In this document: one piece after another, positions 45,699-63,572 of the stretch
Numbering within the stretch: position 1 is the first letter of the stretch
How the letters are laid out: the number at the start of each line of letters is the position of its first letter
Assembly (NCBI RefSeq): GCF_009914755.1
Contig: NC_060936.1
Length of the DNA stretch: 64,000 bases
Strand: one strand, 5' to 3'
DNA from: the human T2T-CHM13v2.0 reference genome, Homo sapiens
The notes under the pieces: generated by a model
The model's input: the letters and a program-made list of their open reading frames with translations, nothing else
Told to the model about the DNA's origin: nothing
Databases searched by the model: none
Translations under genes and position numbers: made by a program

Positions 45699-46791
45699 CT
45701 ATAGAGAGAAAAATGTCATGAACCTGAAGCCATAATAGAAGGCAGAAGATGATAACAGAGGTACAAATTAATTGCCATGGGGTCAGAGAGGATTGTTTCA
45801 GAAAGTCCCCACATTATTCCAAGTTTTCTGAAGACAGGGACTCCTAGCACTTAGCATAATGCCTGACTTGTAGAAGATGCTCAACTCATTTATTGAATGA
45901 AAATAAACAACTTATAGCAGTAGTGCTTTTTTCGTAACATTTCAAAAACAGGGGAGTATAGAGAATATATGGCCATCATCAATGTATCCACAGACCAACT
46001 TTATAAAATTTTAACATTTTGCTATATTTGTTTCAAATATAGAAAAGTATGTACATATTCCCTTAAAACAAATATAAGATCTGAAACAAATATATACTAC
46101 AATTTATCTATTCTACTTTAAATGGAAATGTATCCTATTTCCAGTTTTTACAATTACCAATAAAGCCATAAGGAACATTCTCATAAGTGTTTTTTATAGA
46201 AACATTCAGAGTTTATTCCCAGAAGTAGCATTGCTAGGTCTGAGGTTATATGAATCTTCAACTATTCTAAACATTGACAAGTTGATTTCCAAGGGGATTA
46301 ACCAATATATAGTCCCATCAGCATTGTATGAATGTTCTCATTGTTCTGCATTCTTGTCAACACTCAGTATTGTCAGGCTTTTATTCTTTGCCAATCTGAT
46401 AAAGTGAAAAGATTCACTGAAGTATTTCCTAGGATGTTAAAGACATAAGAACAAGGCAAAAAACCAAAAACAACAACAACAACAAAACTACCCTGTTATA
46501 ATCCTGGCATTGGGGTATGAGAGAAATAACAGAGTTATTTGCTTTTCATGTTGTAATGAGAAAATTGGCACTAGGTCCAAAGTGGTGACTGACCTTCAAG
46601 ATAAGCAAAACTGCAAGAAGAGTATAAGTTTTATCATGCTCTGCCTGTTTGCCACTACTAGGCATAGGCCAGGACACTTTTAAATAGAATTGGGAAATCA
46701 GAATATTTTCAGCATGTTTGCAGTGTGTTATACATTCTTCCTAATGTAAACATAATTTATTTCCTCATGTGTCTCATTAAATGCACCCCAG

Positions 46792-47725
46792 GAGAAAATA
46801 TTCACAAACTATGCATCCAACAAAGGACTAATATCCAGAATCTGCAAGGAACTCAAACAAATCAGCAAGAAAAAACACAAATAATCCCATTAAAAGTGGG
46901 CAAAAGAACATGAATAGAAAATTCTCAAAAGAAGATGCACAGTCAATAAACATATGAATAAATGCTCAACATCAGTAATGATCAGGCAGATGCAAATTAA
47001 AACCACAATGAGATACCATGTTACTCCTGCAAGAATGGCCATAATTTAAAAAGTGAAAAAACCATAGATGTTGACATGGATGTGGTGAAAAGGGAACACT
47101 TTTACCCTGCTGGTGGGAATGTAAATTAGTACAACCACTATGGAAACCGGTGTGGAGATTCCTTAAAGAACTGAAAGTAGAACTACCATTCGATCCAGCA
47201 ATCCCACTACTGCATATCTACCCAGAGGAACATAAGTTATTATATGAAAAAGACACATGCACCTGCATGTTTATAGCAACACAATTCGCAATTGCAAATA
47301 TATGGAACCAGCGTAAGTGCCAATTAACCAACAAGTGGATAAAGAAAATGTGGTATAAATATACCATGGAATACTACTCAGCCATAAAAAGGGCAACTTG
47401 GATGGAGCTGGAGGCCATTATTCTAAGTGGAGTAACTCAGGAATGGAAAACCAAATACCGTATGTTCCCACCTATAAGTGGGAGCTAAGCTATGAGGATG
47501 CAAAGGCATAAGAATGATATAATGAACTTCGGGGATTCGAGGAGGAAAGCTGAGAGGGGGATGAGGAATAAAAGATGATATATAGGGTATAGTATACAGT
47601 TCAGGTGATGGGTGCACCAAAATCTCAGAAATCAACATTAAATAACTTATCCATGTAACCAAAACAACCCGTACCTGAAAAACTATTGAAATAAAAACAA
47701 AAATAAAAATAACTTAAAAATTTAA
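46792..47725 (+). mobile_element. 5'-truncated L1PB
   Basis: ORF2 C-terminus (ORF 47150-47488), PB-type 3' UTR, 13-bp TSD aaatgcaccccag (46779-46791, 47726-47738). Confidence 0.93.
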
Positions 47726-48869
47726 AAATGCACCCCAGTCTCCCTAGCTTTCCACTTCTTTGTCTTAAGCCAATTTCTGGTGGAAAAAATTATTGGAAAG
47801 TGAGGAGCTGTATGAATTAGATATGTATTGGTGGGAAACCTTAGCCATCTGAAGGACTGTCAGCTTAACAAGAGGCAAGGTAGCATGTGTAGACCATATC
47901 TTGTAATATTTGCTTACGGCTAATTCTTGTAAATACTTTAAATGCTTGAAGCCCAGAAAAATAATCCTATAATTTAGGAACATATTACTATTTCATCTTG
48001 CAGAGATTTTCCAGTATGATTCTAGCTAATACCTGAGGAGCTAAAATGAACCTGTTTAGAAGGACTTTAGAGCCTGGGGCAGTGGGAAACACCCATGGCT
48101 CCACTTCCCCAAGTGGTTCTTTGATGGAAACAAAGTATTTCTTAGCAACCTTTCATTATAGCTGGCTTACTCATGGGAAATTTGAGATAATGCCAATTTT
48201 ACCTCTGTGAAATCCTTCTTGGAGAAATAACCTGAAATTTTATTAAAGGGATACAAGATCTGAGAATGTTTTCCTTGCTTCTTCATGTGAACTATAGAGT
48301 TGTGGCTGAGAAAGCAGATCAGCTGGACTCTGGGCAGCCAACTGAGATCTACAGAAATAATTTAGCTCGAAGTTCAGATGAACCAATTGTGTTCCATTTG
48401 CTAATCTGAATCCAGTCCTTGGTTTTCTTTTTCAGAAAGCAAGGTTTATGTCACCTATGGTGTTCTTTCCTGAAACCTATTTGTGGATGACAGCGTTTAG
48501 GAAAACTGTCTTCTTAGAATAATCAGCCTTGCTCATTCAAGAGAGCTGCTTGTCAATTTCCTCCATGACTTTTAGTTTGCAATGAAACGGCTGCTTCCAC
48601 AGTAGAGCAGATGACTGTGAAAAGCTAATAGACATTTTTCTAAGGCGACAAAAAGAAAAAATTTATTTATGGTTCCTATGGAGAAACATGCAATCTAGGT
48701 GTTACATCTATAAATGAAAAGCTAAAAATGTGGTATTAAAGGGTTTTGACTGCGGTTAAACAAGTTAGGTCCAAATCTTTTTCCCCCTGCCATTGAGTGG
48801 TTTATCTTTTTTGTGTCTTTATTTCCTCATCTGTATAATGGGGGAAAGTTGTTCTAAGGACTGTATGAG

Positions 48870-49344
48870 ATTCATTAATTCAACAAACATTTATTAAATG
48901 CCTTCTACTGGCTAGCATTTATCCCAGGTGCTGAGGATACAGTGGAAAATAAATTAATGTCCCCATTCTCGCAGACTTCTATTCTCGTAGGGGAAATGGG
49001 TCACAGTAACAAATAAATGAACAATATCATTGTAATTGCCTTGGAAGGGCACTGCTTTAGAAGGGGTAGTCTGGGAAGACCTTTTTGAGAAGGTGACACC
49101 TAAGCTGAGGTATAAATGATGAGAAGGAACCAGCTCTGTGAAGAAGGTGGGGTAGGGAGAGAGGGGTTCGGGCAGGGGGAAGAGGAGGATAATGGCCTGA
49201 AGCTGGATCTGACTTGGCATGCTCAGGAAACAGGAAGAAGGCTGGTATGGCTAGAGTGGTATAAGATGAAGTAGAGAAAGACATCCAGACCATCATGAGG
49301 AGTATGAGTTTCTTTTTACATGCAAGGGGAAGCCATTAAAGTGT
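48870..49344 (-). mobile_element. L2 fragment
   Basis: attcattaattcaacaaacatttattaaatgccttctact...gaaggtgacacctaagctgag. Confidence 0.8.
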
Positions 49345-49720
49345 TTATGTTCTTGTTGTTTATTTTTAGCATACATACTTGAGGTGTATAATATGATGTC
49401 TCGATATACATAGTGAAATGATTACTACAGTCAAATAAATTTACATATCCATCAACTTCCGTAATTACCCCAGTGTCTGTGTGTGTTAAGGGCACCTAAA
49501 ATCTATCTCACTTAAATGCAGAATCTTTTTTTTTTAAAGTAGAATAAACAAAAACAGAGTAAAACTGTTGTTACTACGGGTGAGGAGGGGGAGGAAATGA
49601 AGAGGTCAAAGATTACAACTTTGCAGTTAGGTAGGGTGAATCTAGAGATCTAATGTATAGTATGATGATTATAGTTAATAATATCGTATTGTATACTGAA
49701 AATTTGCCAAGAGTGTAGAT
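49345..49720 (-). mobile_element. L1MA-like 3' fragment with inverted 5' segment (minus 49345-49505, plus 49506-49720)
   Basis: Two adjacent L1MA 3' UTR pieces in opposite orientation, both ending at TAGAT. Confidence 0.75.
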
Positions 49721-50082
49721 GCAAGTATTCCTCGTCCCCTGAATCGATTTAGTACCTGCATTTGAATAGTGAGGCATACTGCGTCATCTAACTCCACTTG
49801 ATTTCTGAATTTTGAATAGGGATTAGTGAGAGTTTACATATTGAGGTGTTTATCAAAAAATTATTTTACTTTATTTTGTTCCTAATGCTCAAATATCAGA
49901 GAAAAGAGCTGGATAGTGAGGGATTCATTCCAGAAACTTATTTGTATCTATTGGGTTCCCTGAAATAGAGTTAGGATGCCAATTATATTGAATATTGCAT
50001 AAATGAATAAAGCAGTTATTATAAACTACATTTTAAGAGAAAAGTTGAAAAATGTCCACAATGTGTTGTAAAATAAGGAAAG

Positions 50083-50392
50083 TGGGCCAGTCCTGTAATC
50101 CCAGGACTTTGGGAGGCCGAGGTGGGAGGATAGCTTGAGTCCAGGAGTTCAAGATCAGCCTGAGCAATGTAGTGGGACCCCGTCTCTACAATTAAAAAAA
50201 AAAAAATTCGCCAGGTGTGGTGAGGCACACCTGTAGTCTCAGCTAACTGGGAGGCTGAGATGGGAGAAACTCTTGAGCCTGGGAGGTCGAGGTTGCAGTG
50301 AGCCATGATTTTGCGCCACTGCACTCAGCCTGGGTGACAGAGTGAGATCCTGTATCAAAAAAAGAGAAGAAAAGAAATAAAGAAAAAGAAAA
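50083..50392 (+). mobile_element. AluJ-like
   Basis: Dimer, 5' end slightly truncated. Confidence 0.9.
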
Positions 50393-51126
50393 GTAGGTAA
50401 CAAAGCAGGATTTAAAATTGCCCTGAGTGCCACAGAGAAGAACTGTGACATATCCATGATCATCTCAGTCATAGTAGTTCTTCCAAGATAGGCAGGACTC
50501 AGCCACTTTGGGCTAATGAGGCCTGAGGAGAGCCTTCTTAGGGTCTTCAAAAAAGAAACTATGGATAACCAATCTCTTCTGCCCTGGCTGGGTGTAAACA
50601 AAGAGGCATACAGCTTGACTGCTGCTGCAGCCATGAGGGAGGGAGAAACTACTCAAAGAATGAAGCCCATATCGTGTCAAGTATTATGCAGAAACAGAGA
50701 AGACCTGCTTTCTCCATGACACCATAAGGCATCTAGACTGCAAGTTAGACAATAGAATATTATCAGCCATTAAAAAGGAAATTCTGCCATTTGCAACAAC
50801 ATAGATGAAACTAGAAGATATTATGCCAGCAGAAATAAGCCAGACACAGAAAGACAAATACTACATGATCTCACTTATACCTGGAATCTAAAAAAGTTGC
50901 ACTCATAGAAACAGAGAGTAGAAGAGTGGTGACCGGGGCTGGGGATGGGGGAAATGAGGTGACATTGGTCAAAGGGTGCAAACTTTCAGTTATAAGATGA
51001 ATTTATATCCTGGGCACCCAATGGTGACTATACTTAATAATAATATATTACATACTTGAAATTTGCTAAGAGAGTAGCTCTTAAGTGTTCTCACCACACA
51101 TAAAAAATACAACTATATTAAGTAAT

Positions 51127-51865
<739 letters not shown>

Positions 51866-52304
51866 GTAATGGATATGTGAATTAGCTTGATTGGGGTAAT
51901 CATTTCACAGTATATATGTATATCAAAACATTACATTGTACACCTTAAATAAATTCAATATTTACTTGTCAATTATACCTCAATAAACTTGGTAGGCAAA
52001 GTCTACATATCCATATAGAAAAAGCTAGAAAGCTATATCAAAATATTAACCATGGTAATGTCTGATACCTCTGAGTTGTGAGGACTGGGAAGGATGGTTG
52101 AGACAAGAGGAGAAGGTAGTATTGGTCATTTCAGAGAGAATGAGAAGAATAAATGTAATAGGATTGGCAAGCAGAGCCAAGGGTCCCCTTGACATTCAAA
52201 CTTATGGAATTCTCAGTGGTTCCCTCTAGATTTCAAATGATCACAGAAGCAAGCCCTAAAAGAGAGTCTGATCTGGAATATTTGGGTAAAGTTCTTCTGA
52301 CCTA

Positions 52305-52722
<418 letters not shown>

Positions 52723-52961
52723 CTATGAAGTTCAATGCCAAGCCACCTGGCCACTGAGCATGTCAGCAACTACACTAATAGATTTTTAGAGCAGTGTTGG
52801 TTACACTTGTTTTTGACCACAACCTTCAGTAAGAAATGCACTTTACACTGTGACACACAAGCAGTGGTGTGCTAGAGCCAGCTTATGTGGGCTCATGAAA
52901 GCAGATTGTTATGTTTTTATAAATTGTGAGCCACTATTAAATACCATCATTATTAAAAATT

Positions 52962-53117
<156 letters not shown>

Positions 53118-53217
53118 TTAAAATTAAGCAATGTTAAAAACAAATAATAATTACTCAAAACTCATCATTTCTTAATTATTGTAATACATTTTCCTGTCAT
53201 CTCTATTCTTGCAGTTA

Positions 53218-53655
<438 letters not shown>

Positions 53656-53684
53656 TTATATATACCACAGAAACTGGCCAACAT

Positions 53685-53998
<314 letters not shown>

Positions 53999-54401
53999 AC
54001 TGGCAAACACTATAAATCAGGGCTTGATTTCTTGATTTATTGTTTTGTTGATCCTCTATTCATGAAAGTGAAGAAAACAACAACGCAGATTAAATTTAAA
54101 AGTGTCTATAACTGTTACATTGTGAATAGCACAAAAAATTGAGGAAATACTCTTCTAATATTTGAAAACTATTATCCAGTTCAACAAAGATTTCTCCATG
54201 TCATTGATAAACTAGTGAAGTTCCGAAATGTCTTCATTGTTTCACTTTCATCTTATTTGTTAATGTAAATTAAAATATCAATTAACACTTACACCAGAAT
54301 ACACTCATTCATCAATAATGTGAGGGACTTCTTTGCTGAATTTGATAGATATCAAGCATTTATTTGTAGTCTGATTTTCTCAAATTAGAGTTGAATTGTA
54401 A

Positions 54402-56149
<1,748 letters not shown>

Positions 56150-57918
56150 AATGGCTATACGAAATGTACAATGATTTATTATTATGTATTTATTATTTAT
56201 TTATAAATTTTAGCCACATACCCCTTATATCAGTAAAATATGTAATAAATTTATACAGATATTTACATATATACATACCTCTTCTCCCAGGGAGACAGTT
56301 GTTAAACATTTCAGCACATCACTACCAAAACACACATAGGCATAAACAACTTAAATAAAGAATTTCATAAAATAATACTTTATTAATATATTAATTTATT
56401 ACTATATATGATGCCCTCTGATATCTTATATTCTATCTCATTAAAAATACATATCCATGTTGCAATGTTCTAAATTGATGTCATGACTAAAGGTTTATGA
56501 GCCACAGTTTAGAAAACCCTGATTTAGAGGTTTTTAACTGCAGGTTCTGAAGTTATTTTTTGAAGAGATGCTCAGAGGGATGGTGATCAAGTGTCCTTCT
56601 TATATTCAGAGCTAAACAACAATAGAAACTCAAGAAATATGAAGCAGACAAATTTTTTAAAACACACATGAAGTTAGAATTGGAAATCCAAAAGCTAGAC
56701 TTTACCATACCTAGCATAAAGACAAATTATGCAGCTGTGTTATGGTTCTAATAGTGTATGCCTGTATTTCAACTTTTCCTATAAAGACCTTTACTATAAT
56801 TAAAAGCCTGTCACCCTTAATGATTCTTACATCTTGATTACTTACATCTATGGAGGTGAACATTATTGTGGATAATTTTTCAAATGTCATTATCTGCCCA
56901 AGTAGGTCAAGGACATTACTGACATACACACCATGCCTGTATTTGGTAAAAGAGAATTCAACATTTATAGAAAATGACAGTTGGTTTCCAAAAATAACTA
57001 AATGTGTTAGATATCCACAGATCATGAAAGGGATAAAGTGAATTAACCTTTTGCAGTTCACCCACATCAAGTAGATATTCTGTCACTAAATTCATGTGCA
57101 GTGCCTGCTAAAGAGGGCTCACCATTTTTGGAGTTTTAGACAAGTCCTGGGGAAAAAATTCATCCTAGCTTCCCTGGGCTGATATATGTCCTTTTGACAA
57201 TGTTTACAAGAAGGCCTTTTTATGACTCCTGTCGCTGTAGCAACAGATAGCAAGCATAGACAAATGGGTTTAAACACAGGGGACTCACCTCTCAGGCTGC
57301 CCAAGGTCACGAAGGCAATGACAATTGAGCAGTGAAGACTCGCACTGAAGGCTGAGAAGGCCCAGTTCTTCTGAATTTTCCCCAAATCTGCCTAGAAACC
57401 TTGATAGTGAACCTTTCTGACGGGAGGAATCATTTAAGAATCTAATGAAAATGTGGGTTCTCCAGAAAAAGTCCTTCCTCAATAAACTGCCTACATTTCC
57501 AGGAGTTCCACAGCTCGTCCTAATGTCCATCCCCAGGTGAAAACCCCTGCTTTTGGATGAGGATCTTCCTCTCAGAGAATCTGCCAAGAAGGATGGCCAG
57601 GAAGATAGACGCTTCTGATAGTTTCAAAGGCCTCTAATCAAAGAATATAAACTTATGAGCATGGTGTGGTCCAGAATCAGCTCTATCAATTTCACCTATG
57701 CACACACATTACAATTCGCTGTCAAGAGCATCATTATTTTAAAAGTTAAGGACAACTGTGTACGCTTGGCTGCCTACAATTATTGGAAATAGGTAGAATA
57801 TAAATACAGTAATAATAGTGGTCACTGCTTTCTATGGGTTCATTCATAGGAAAAGTTCACCTAAGATTTCCACAAGAAAATAAACTAGGCGAAAGTTTGC
57901 TATGAAAACCCCAGGGGC

Positions 57919-58225
57919 GGCTGGGCACAATGGCGCATGCCTGTAACCCCAACACTTTGGGAGGCCGAGTCCGGTGGATCACTTGAGCCCAGGAGTTTAA
58001 GACCATCCTGCACAACATGGTGAAACCTCATCTCTACAAAAAATACAAAAATTAGACAGACATGTTGGTGCACACTCGTAATTCCAGCTACTTGGGAGTC
58101 ATTTAAAGCCAGAGGCAGAGATTGGAGATTACAGTGAGCTGAGATCATGCCACTGCACTCCAGCCCGGGTGACAGAGTGAGACACTGTCTAAAAAAAAAA
58201 AAAAAAAAAACAACAACAACAAAAA
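57919..58225 (+). mobile_element. Alu (J/S)
   Basis: Dimer whose tail runs into a GA-rich repeat. Confidence 0.92.
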
Positions 58226-58432
58226 ACAGAGAGAGAGAGAAAGAAAGAAAGAGAGAAAGCAAGCAAGCAAGAAAGCAGGAAGAAAGAAGGAAGGAAGGAA
58301 GGAAAGAAAGAAAGAGAGAGAAAGAAAGAGAAAAAGAAAGAAAGAGAAAAAGAAAGAAAGAGAAAGAAAGAAAGAAAAGAAAGAAAGAAGAAAGAAAGAG
58401 AAAAAGAAAGAAAGGAAAGAAAAGAAAGAGAA
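58226..58432. repeat. Polypurine (GA)n/(GGAA)n/(GAAA)n compound microsatellite
   Basis: Seen directly. Confidence 0.95.
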
Positions 58433-59019
58433 CCCAGAAGCATAGAAGAGACTATGGGATTCTACAAGGGATAAACATGAAGCAATGGAAGAGCCTTTGG
58501 ACACTCCTTAATCTATCACTGCCCCTTGTCTTTGATATGGACAGTTGACATTTTCTACATTTTACATAAAGTGCTAGGCAACTGCAATTTCAAGACAAAT
58601 CCTCAGTGTGTCATCTCTCCTTCTCCTCCCATACAGAAATATTGGGAGCTGGCACTGTCATGAATTCTAAGGTGAACCCTCAACTCTCCACAATTGGCCT
58701 AAGACTTATGATGGTCCATTCTCTACTATTCCTGCCCTCAATAGAAGATCTACAATATGAGGCAAACTAAAGGCCAACTTTCTAGCTTCAGGTTAACAAA
58801 ATCACCTCAGGATGCAAGAATTTACACAGAGCAAAACATTTTTACAGTAGAAATCTTTGAGACCTCTTTGGCTGCCTTCATAAAACTGAGAAGAATCTAA
58901 GTTTAACAAGGCTTTCATTAAGAGACCCCAGATAACCTTAATAAACAGTTCACCTCAATTAGGAGGAAAAGCACAGAATAACTTAAGAACCAGAACACCC
59001 AATAGAAGAGCTATCATCT

Positions 59020-59323
59020 GGCTGGGCAGGGTGGCTCACGCCTGTAATCCCAGCAGTTTGGGAGACTGAGGTGGGTGGATCACCTGAGGTTGGGAGTTCA
59101 AGACCAACCTGGCCAACATGGTGAAACTCCATCTTTACTAAAAATACAAAAATTAGCAGGGTGTGGTGGTGTACGTCTGTAATCCCAGCTACTCAGGAGG
59201 CTGAGACACAAGAATCACTTGAGCCTGGGAGGTGAGATTGCAGTGAGCTGAGATCATGCCACTGCACTCTAGTCTGGGTGACAGAGAGAGACGCTGTCTC
59301 AAAAAAAAAAAAAAAGAAAAGAA
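59020..59323 (+). mobile_element. AluS
   Basis: Dimer, TSD-like gctaYcatc. Confidence 0.93.
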
Positions 59324-60100
59324 AGGCTACCATCATTGTTCTTTGGTTCTGGCCTACTGATGCATGGTGACTTCCATTGTCTCTGGTTTGTTTGCATGTT
59401 ATAACATTAAATAACCTTTTGGCACTAAATGAGCTTAACACTTTGAAAACTAAGACATTTTAGACTTCTAAATACGTTGCCCTACTGGTTGTAAACCACA
59501 AAGTACAATGAGTGATGGCCATCTCCCCTCTCACTTATTATTTGAAGTGTCATGTTTTGGTTCCAGTCCATGGATCCCAAGAAGGGTAGGAACCCTGTGG
59601 TAAATGGATATATCTGGGAAACACTAAGAAGAAATGCTAGTTGAAAAATATACGCCTTTTATCACGAATTCCTGTTTCTGAGGCTCTGGAATAATATGAA
59701 ACACAACTGAACTTTTTATGCTATAAATACATTGGCTCTTTACATTTCCAAATGAATTTACCAATGAAAATGAACAAACAGCTTTACGAAAAGTTTTAAA
59801 GATTTTTCTCACACCTTCTATCTTTGTGCTTCCCTAGGAGTATTAAAGGTCGGTGAATACAATGAAGTATGAACAATGCAATGCAATGCTATCTGAAATC
59901 TGCTTTAAAACATTGAAGGAAAGAAAAATATGCATAGTGGATACATGAAACGATTGACAAATTGTAGATAATTGTGAAAGGTGGGTGACAGGCACATGGG
60001 AGCTCATCATGCTTTTGAATTTGTGTGAAATTAAATGTGTTTGCAAAATTTTTTACAAGTCAAAGCCATAAAGAATTATCATAAAATATCTCTTTAAACA

Positions 60101-60405
60101 GGCCAGATGTGGTGGCTCATGCCTATAATTCCAGCACTTTGGGAGGCTAAAGCGGAAGGATTGCTTCAGGCCAGAAGTTTGAGACCAGCCTGGGCAATAT
60201 AGTGAGACCCCTATGTCTACAAAAAACAAAAAAAATTAGCCGGTTGTGGTGGCACACACCTGTGGTCCCAACTACTCAGGAGACTGAGGTAGGAGGACAC
60301 TCGAGCCCCAGAGGTTGACACTGCAGTGAGCCATGATCACGCCACCGCACTTCAGCCTGCGCTAACAGAGCAAGACCCTGCTTCAAAACAAACAACAACA
60401 ACAAA
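60101..60405 (+). mobile_element. AluJ-like
   Basis: Dimer with (CAA)n tail. Confidence 0.92.
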
Positions 60406-61839
60406 TCTCCTTAAGCAAGCTAGAAGTCAGACAGAGAAGCTCATTTAATCAATCTTGGTGGTGTATTTTTGTTAAAATGAAAAGCATTCTATATTTCTAG
60501 CAAAACCTGCCTTCATTTAAATAAATGAAGGTGTCTGTGTGAACAGTTCTCAACATCTTCCATATTCTGTTGAGTCAAATTGTAAAATGGAGTCAGGTTA
60601 GAAGAGGAGAGGGAATAAAAGAGGTGCGTAGAGTGGGGTGGTCTGTTCTAGCTCTCCTACAAAAAAAAAAAGTGATGCCACAGGAAAGGGTATTGGGAAA
60701 TACAACTGATGGGAGAGGCTAATTCTTGCAGTTCGATGAGAAAATAGGAAGGCGCAGAGAAAGGATGCAAAGGAAATGAAAGAGAAGGCAGGGAAGGATG
60801 CAAGGAGTGGCAAAAACAAAGCCATCCAAAATAGAAGAAAACCTTTCAGTCCTCTCAAAGAGATTTCACACGAGCTTCTGCTTGACTCCACAATGTGCTG
60901 TTCCCATTTCAGAAATTAAATTGATCCCCTACTCTCTGGTGACATCCACTCTTGGGAATGGGGCACAGCACCTTGTCAACTCATATAAGGAAGATATTAT
61001 GGAATTGAGGCAAATCCCTCAGAAAGTAGTTCATGCTTTCATTCTCATGGAGCTTAGATAGAGGGGCTCAAGAAGCTTAGTTATTTAACCTGTGTAAAGA
61101 AACAGGATCCAGATGCTTTGGAGATTAATTAAAAGGGTCCACCCTGAGGTTCACAAAGAAAGGCCAAATCTTGCCAGGACCTGGAAACTCATTAAGCGCC
61201 TGTCCAGGACATGACATGGTGCTGAGGAAGGCCTCAGTATAGAGACAATGTGAGGGGGGATTATGGACCTCTCAGTGTGCTTAGCTATTGTACCACAAAA
61301 GATGCTGTGAACTTGTCTCCTTAAAGAAAGGCATTGAAGATGAGGAACAGCCCCCCACTGGCCTCCAGGACCTCTTGACTACCTCTTCGCACAAAGCATT
61401 CTTATGTCAAGAACGGGAAGAAAATGTAGAGAAGGCCAGTATTTCTAGCCAGGACAGGCTCTGAGCTAACTAACATGCCAATGGATATCTGTTTCTCTGT
61501 CCATGAATCGTCCCCCAGGCACAGAGTAGAACATATGCCAAGTATGCTATATTTTTATCTGCCCCATCGTCTGCATACCATGTTGCCAAACACCAAAATA
61601 TTACTTCGTGCTTAGTCCATCACGCAGACAATGCTGAAGAGTCCCACTATTGCTTATTAACGTGGTTTTATCAAATTCAAACATTTAGAAGCAGCGTTTA
61701 GGAGAAAGCCATGGCATTGGATCACTATGTTTGAGTACCACCAAGGAAAGGACAGAAAGGGTTCTGACGGCACTCTCTACGACACTGGAGAAACCCTCCC
61801 AAGGTATTTTTCTTTGTAAAGAGAGCAAATGGGTATATA

Positions 61840-62740
61840 TTTTTTGAAATTTAGATATAACTTACATACATAAAAAGCACTCATTTTCTTAAGTGTGCAG
61901 CTTGATTAAATTTTACATAAGTCTACCCTTGTGTAACAACCACTCAGATCAATAAATAGAATATTTCTTTTTTCTTTGTTTTTTGTCTCGCTCTGTCACT
62001 CAGGCTGGAGTACAGTGTTGTGATCATAGCTCACTGCAACCTCAAACTCCTGGCCTCAAGTGATCCTCTCATGACTTGGCCTCCTAAAGTACTGGGATTA
62101 TGGATGTGAGCCATCATGCCTGGCTAATATATAGAATATTTCTGTCACCTCATGAGATTCCCTCATGCCCCCAGCCAATCAATAACCCCTCAAAAGTAAC
62201 CATTAACCTGACATCTACATTTATAGATTTGTTTCTGTCAATTCTTGAATTTCATGTGGGTGGAATCCTGCCATACGTTCTTAAAGCATATACTTTTTGT
62301 TTTTCTCTTCTATCACTCCAAACTACGTCTATGAGCCTCACCAATGTTAAATATAGGTGTTCATTTTTTTATTGATGTGTAGTATTCTATTATAAATATT
62401 CTAGAGTTTATTCATTCTACTATGGTTGAACAGTTGGGTTGCCTACAATTTTTAGTTATTAAAAATAAAGTTTCTGTAAATATTCTTATACACATCTTTT
62501 GGTGGATATATGTGCTCATTTTTCTTGGGTATATTCCCAGGAGTGAAATTGCTGGATCAGAGGGTAGGTTTATATTTAACCAAACTGTTTTTTAAATTTG
62601 TACATTCTACAGAAGCAATGTCTGAGAGTTCCAGTTTCTCCACATTCTTACTCTCACTTAGAATTGTCAGTCCTTTTAATTTTTGCCATTCTGCTGAATG
62701 TGAATGATATTCAGCATAGTTTTAATGTGCATTCCCCTGA
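61840..62740 (-). mobile_element. Old L1M fragment containing an Alu monomer (61966-62124)
   Basis: cttaagtgtgcagcttgat...cccaggagtgaaattgctggatca...ttttaatgtgcattcccctga. Confidence 0.8.
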
Positions 62741-63405
62741 AGTCTACTGCTTTTGAGTATGGGTATAGTTGTATAAATACAGTGATCACTTTGGAATCAT
62801 TTCCCAATGAGAGCAGGAATAATTTAAAAGGAACATTGGAAGAAAATGACTGTGAAATCAAATACTGTACTTTCATCCATGCTTATCCCCCTATGCGTTT
62901 TCTTTTCTATGTTGCCACCTTTCTGTTTCATTCAATAAATACTTGTGAATGTTGACTCCTTTCAGTGGACAAACCAAGACTTTCTCCCTTCCCCTCTCCC
63001 TTCTCTAGTTCTCCTTAGAGTGGAAACAAATAAATGGAAATAAAGGCACTGGGATGTAGTATATAGCTTTGGGGAATTCCACCTCACCAGACTTTCCTTC
63101 TCTGAGAACTAGTCCACATATACAGATGTGGGTCCCTAAAACAATGTTTGTATCATGTGACCCCACCTCTTCCACTGATTGGATAAGAGGGGGCGCCTGA
63201 TCTAGAGGAAGGGCCTTCACTTGTTGGCATTTGTTGGCATGAGCCCAAAAGCTTTTCTATCCTGAGCATTTGGGGTTTGGATATTGAGATGCTAGTCAGT
63301 TTACCAGGAACCCCGGAACTGAGAGGGTGTGGAGAGGAGCCCAACGCACAGAGAAGAAGAGAAAGCTAGTCTACAGACAGAGAGATCAATAAAGAGGAGA
63401 TATGC

Positions 63406-63572
63406 AGACCGGGTGCAATGGCACACGTCTGTAATCCCAGAACTTTGGGAGGCTGAGGTGGGAAGATCACTTCAGCCCAGGAGTTCAAGACCAGCCTGGG
63501 CAACATGGCAAGACCCTGTCTCTACAAAAAAATTAAAAAAAAAAATAGTAGGGTGTGATGGCGTGCACCTGT
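63406..63572 (+). mobile_element. Truncated Alu inside an old MLT1-like LTR (~63200-63812)
   Basis: Alu left arm and linker, ending abruptly; flanks resemble an MLT1 LTR. Confidence 0.75.

Noticed and set aside
58145-58548. K/R/E-rich and F/S/L-rich ORFs
   Set aside because: Products of the Alu tail and GAAA repeat
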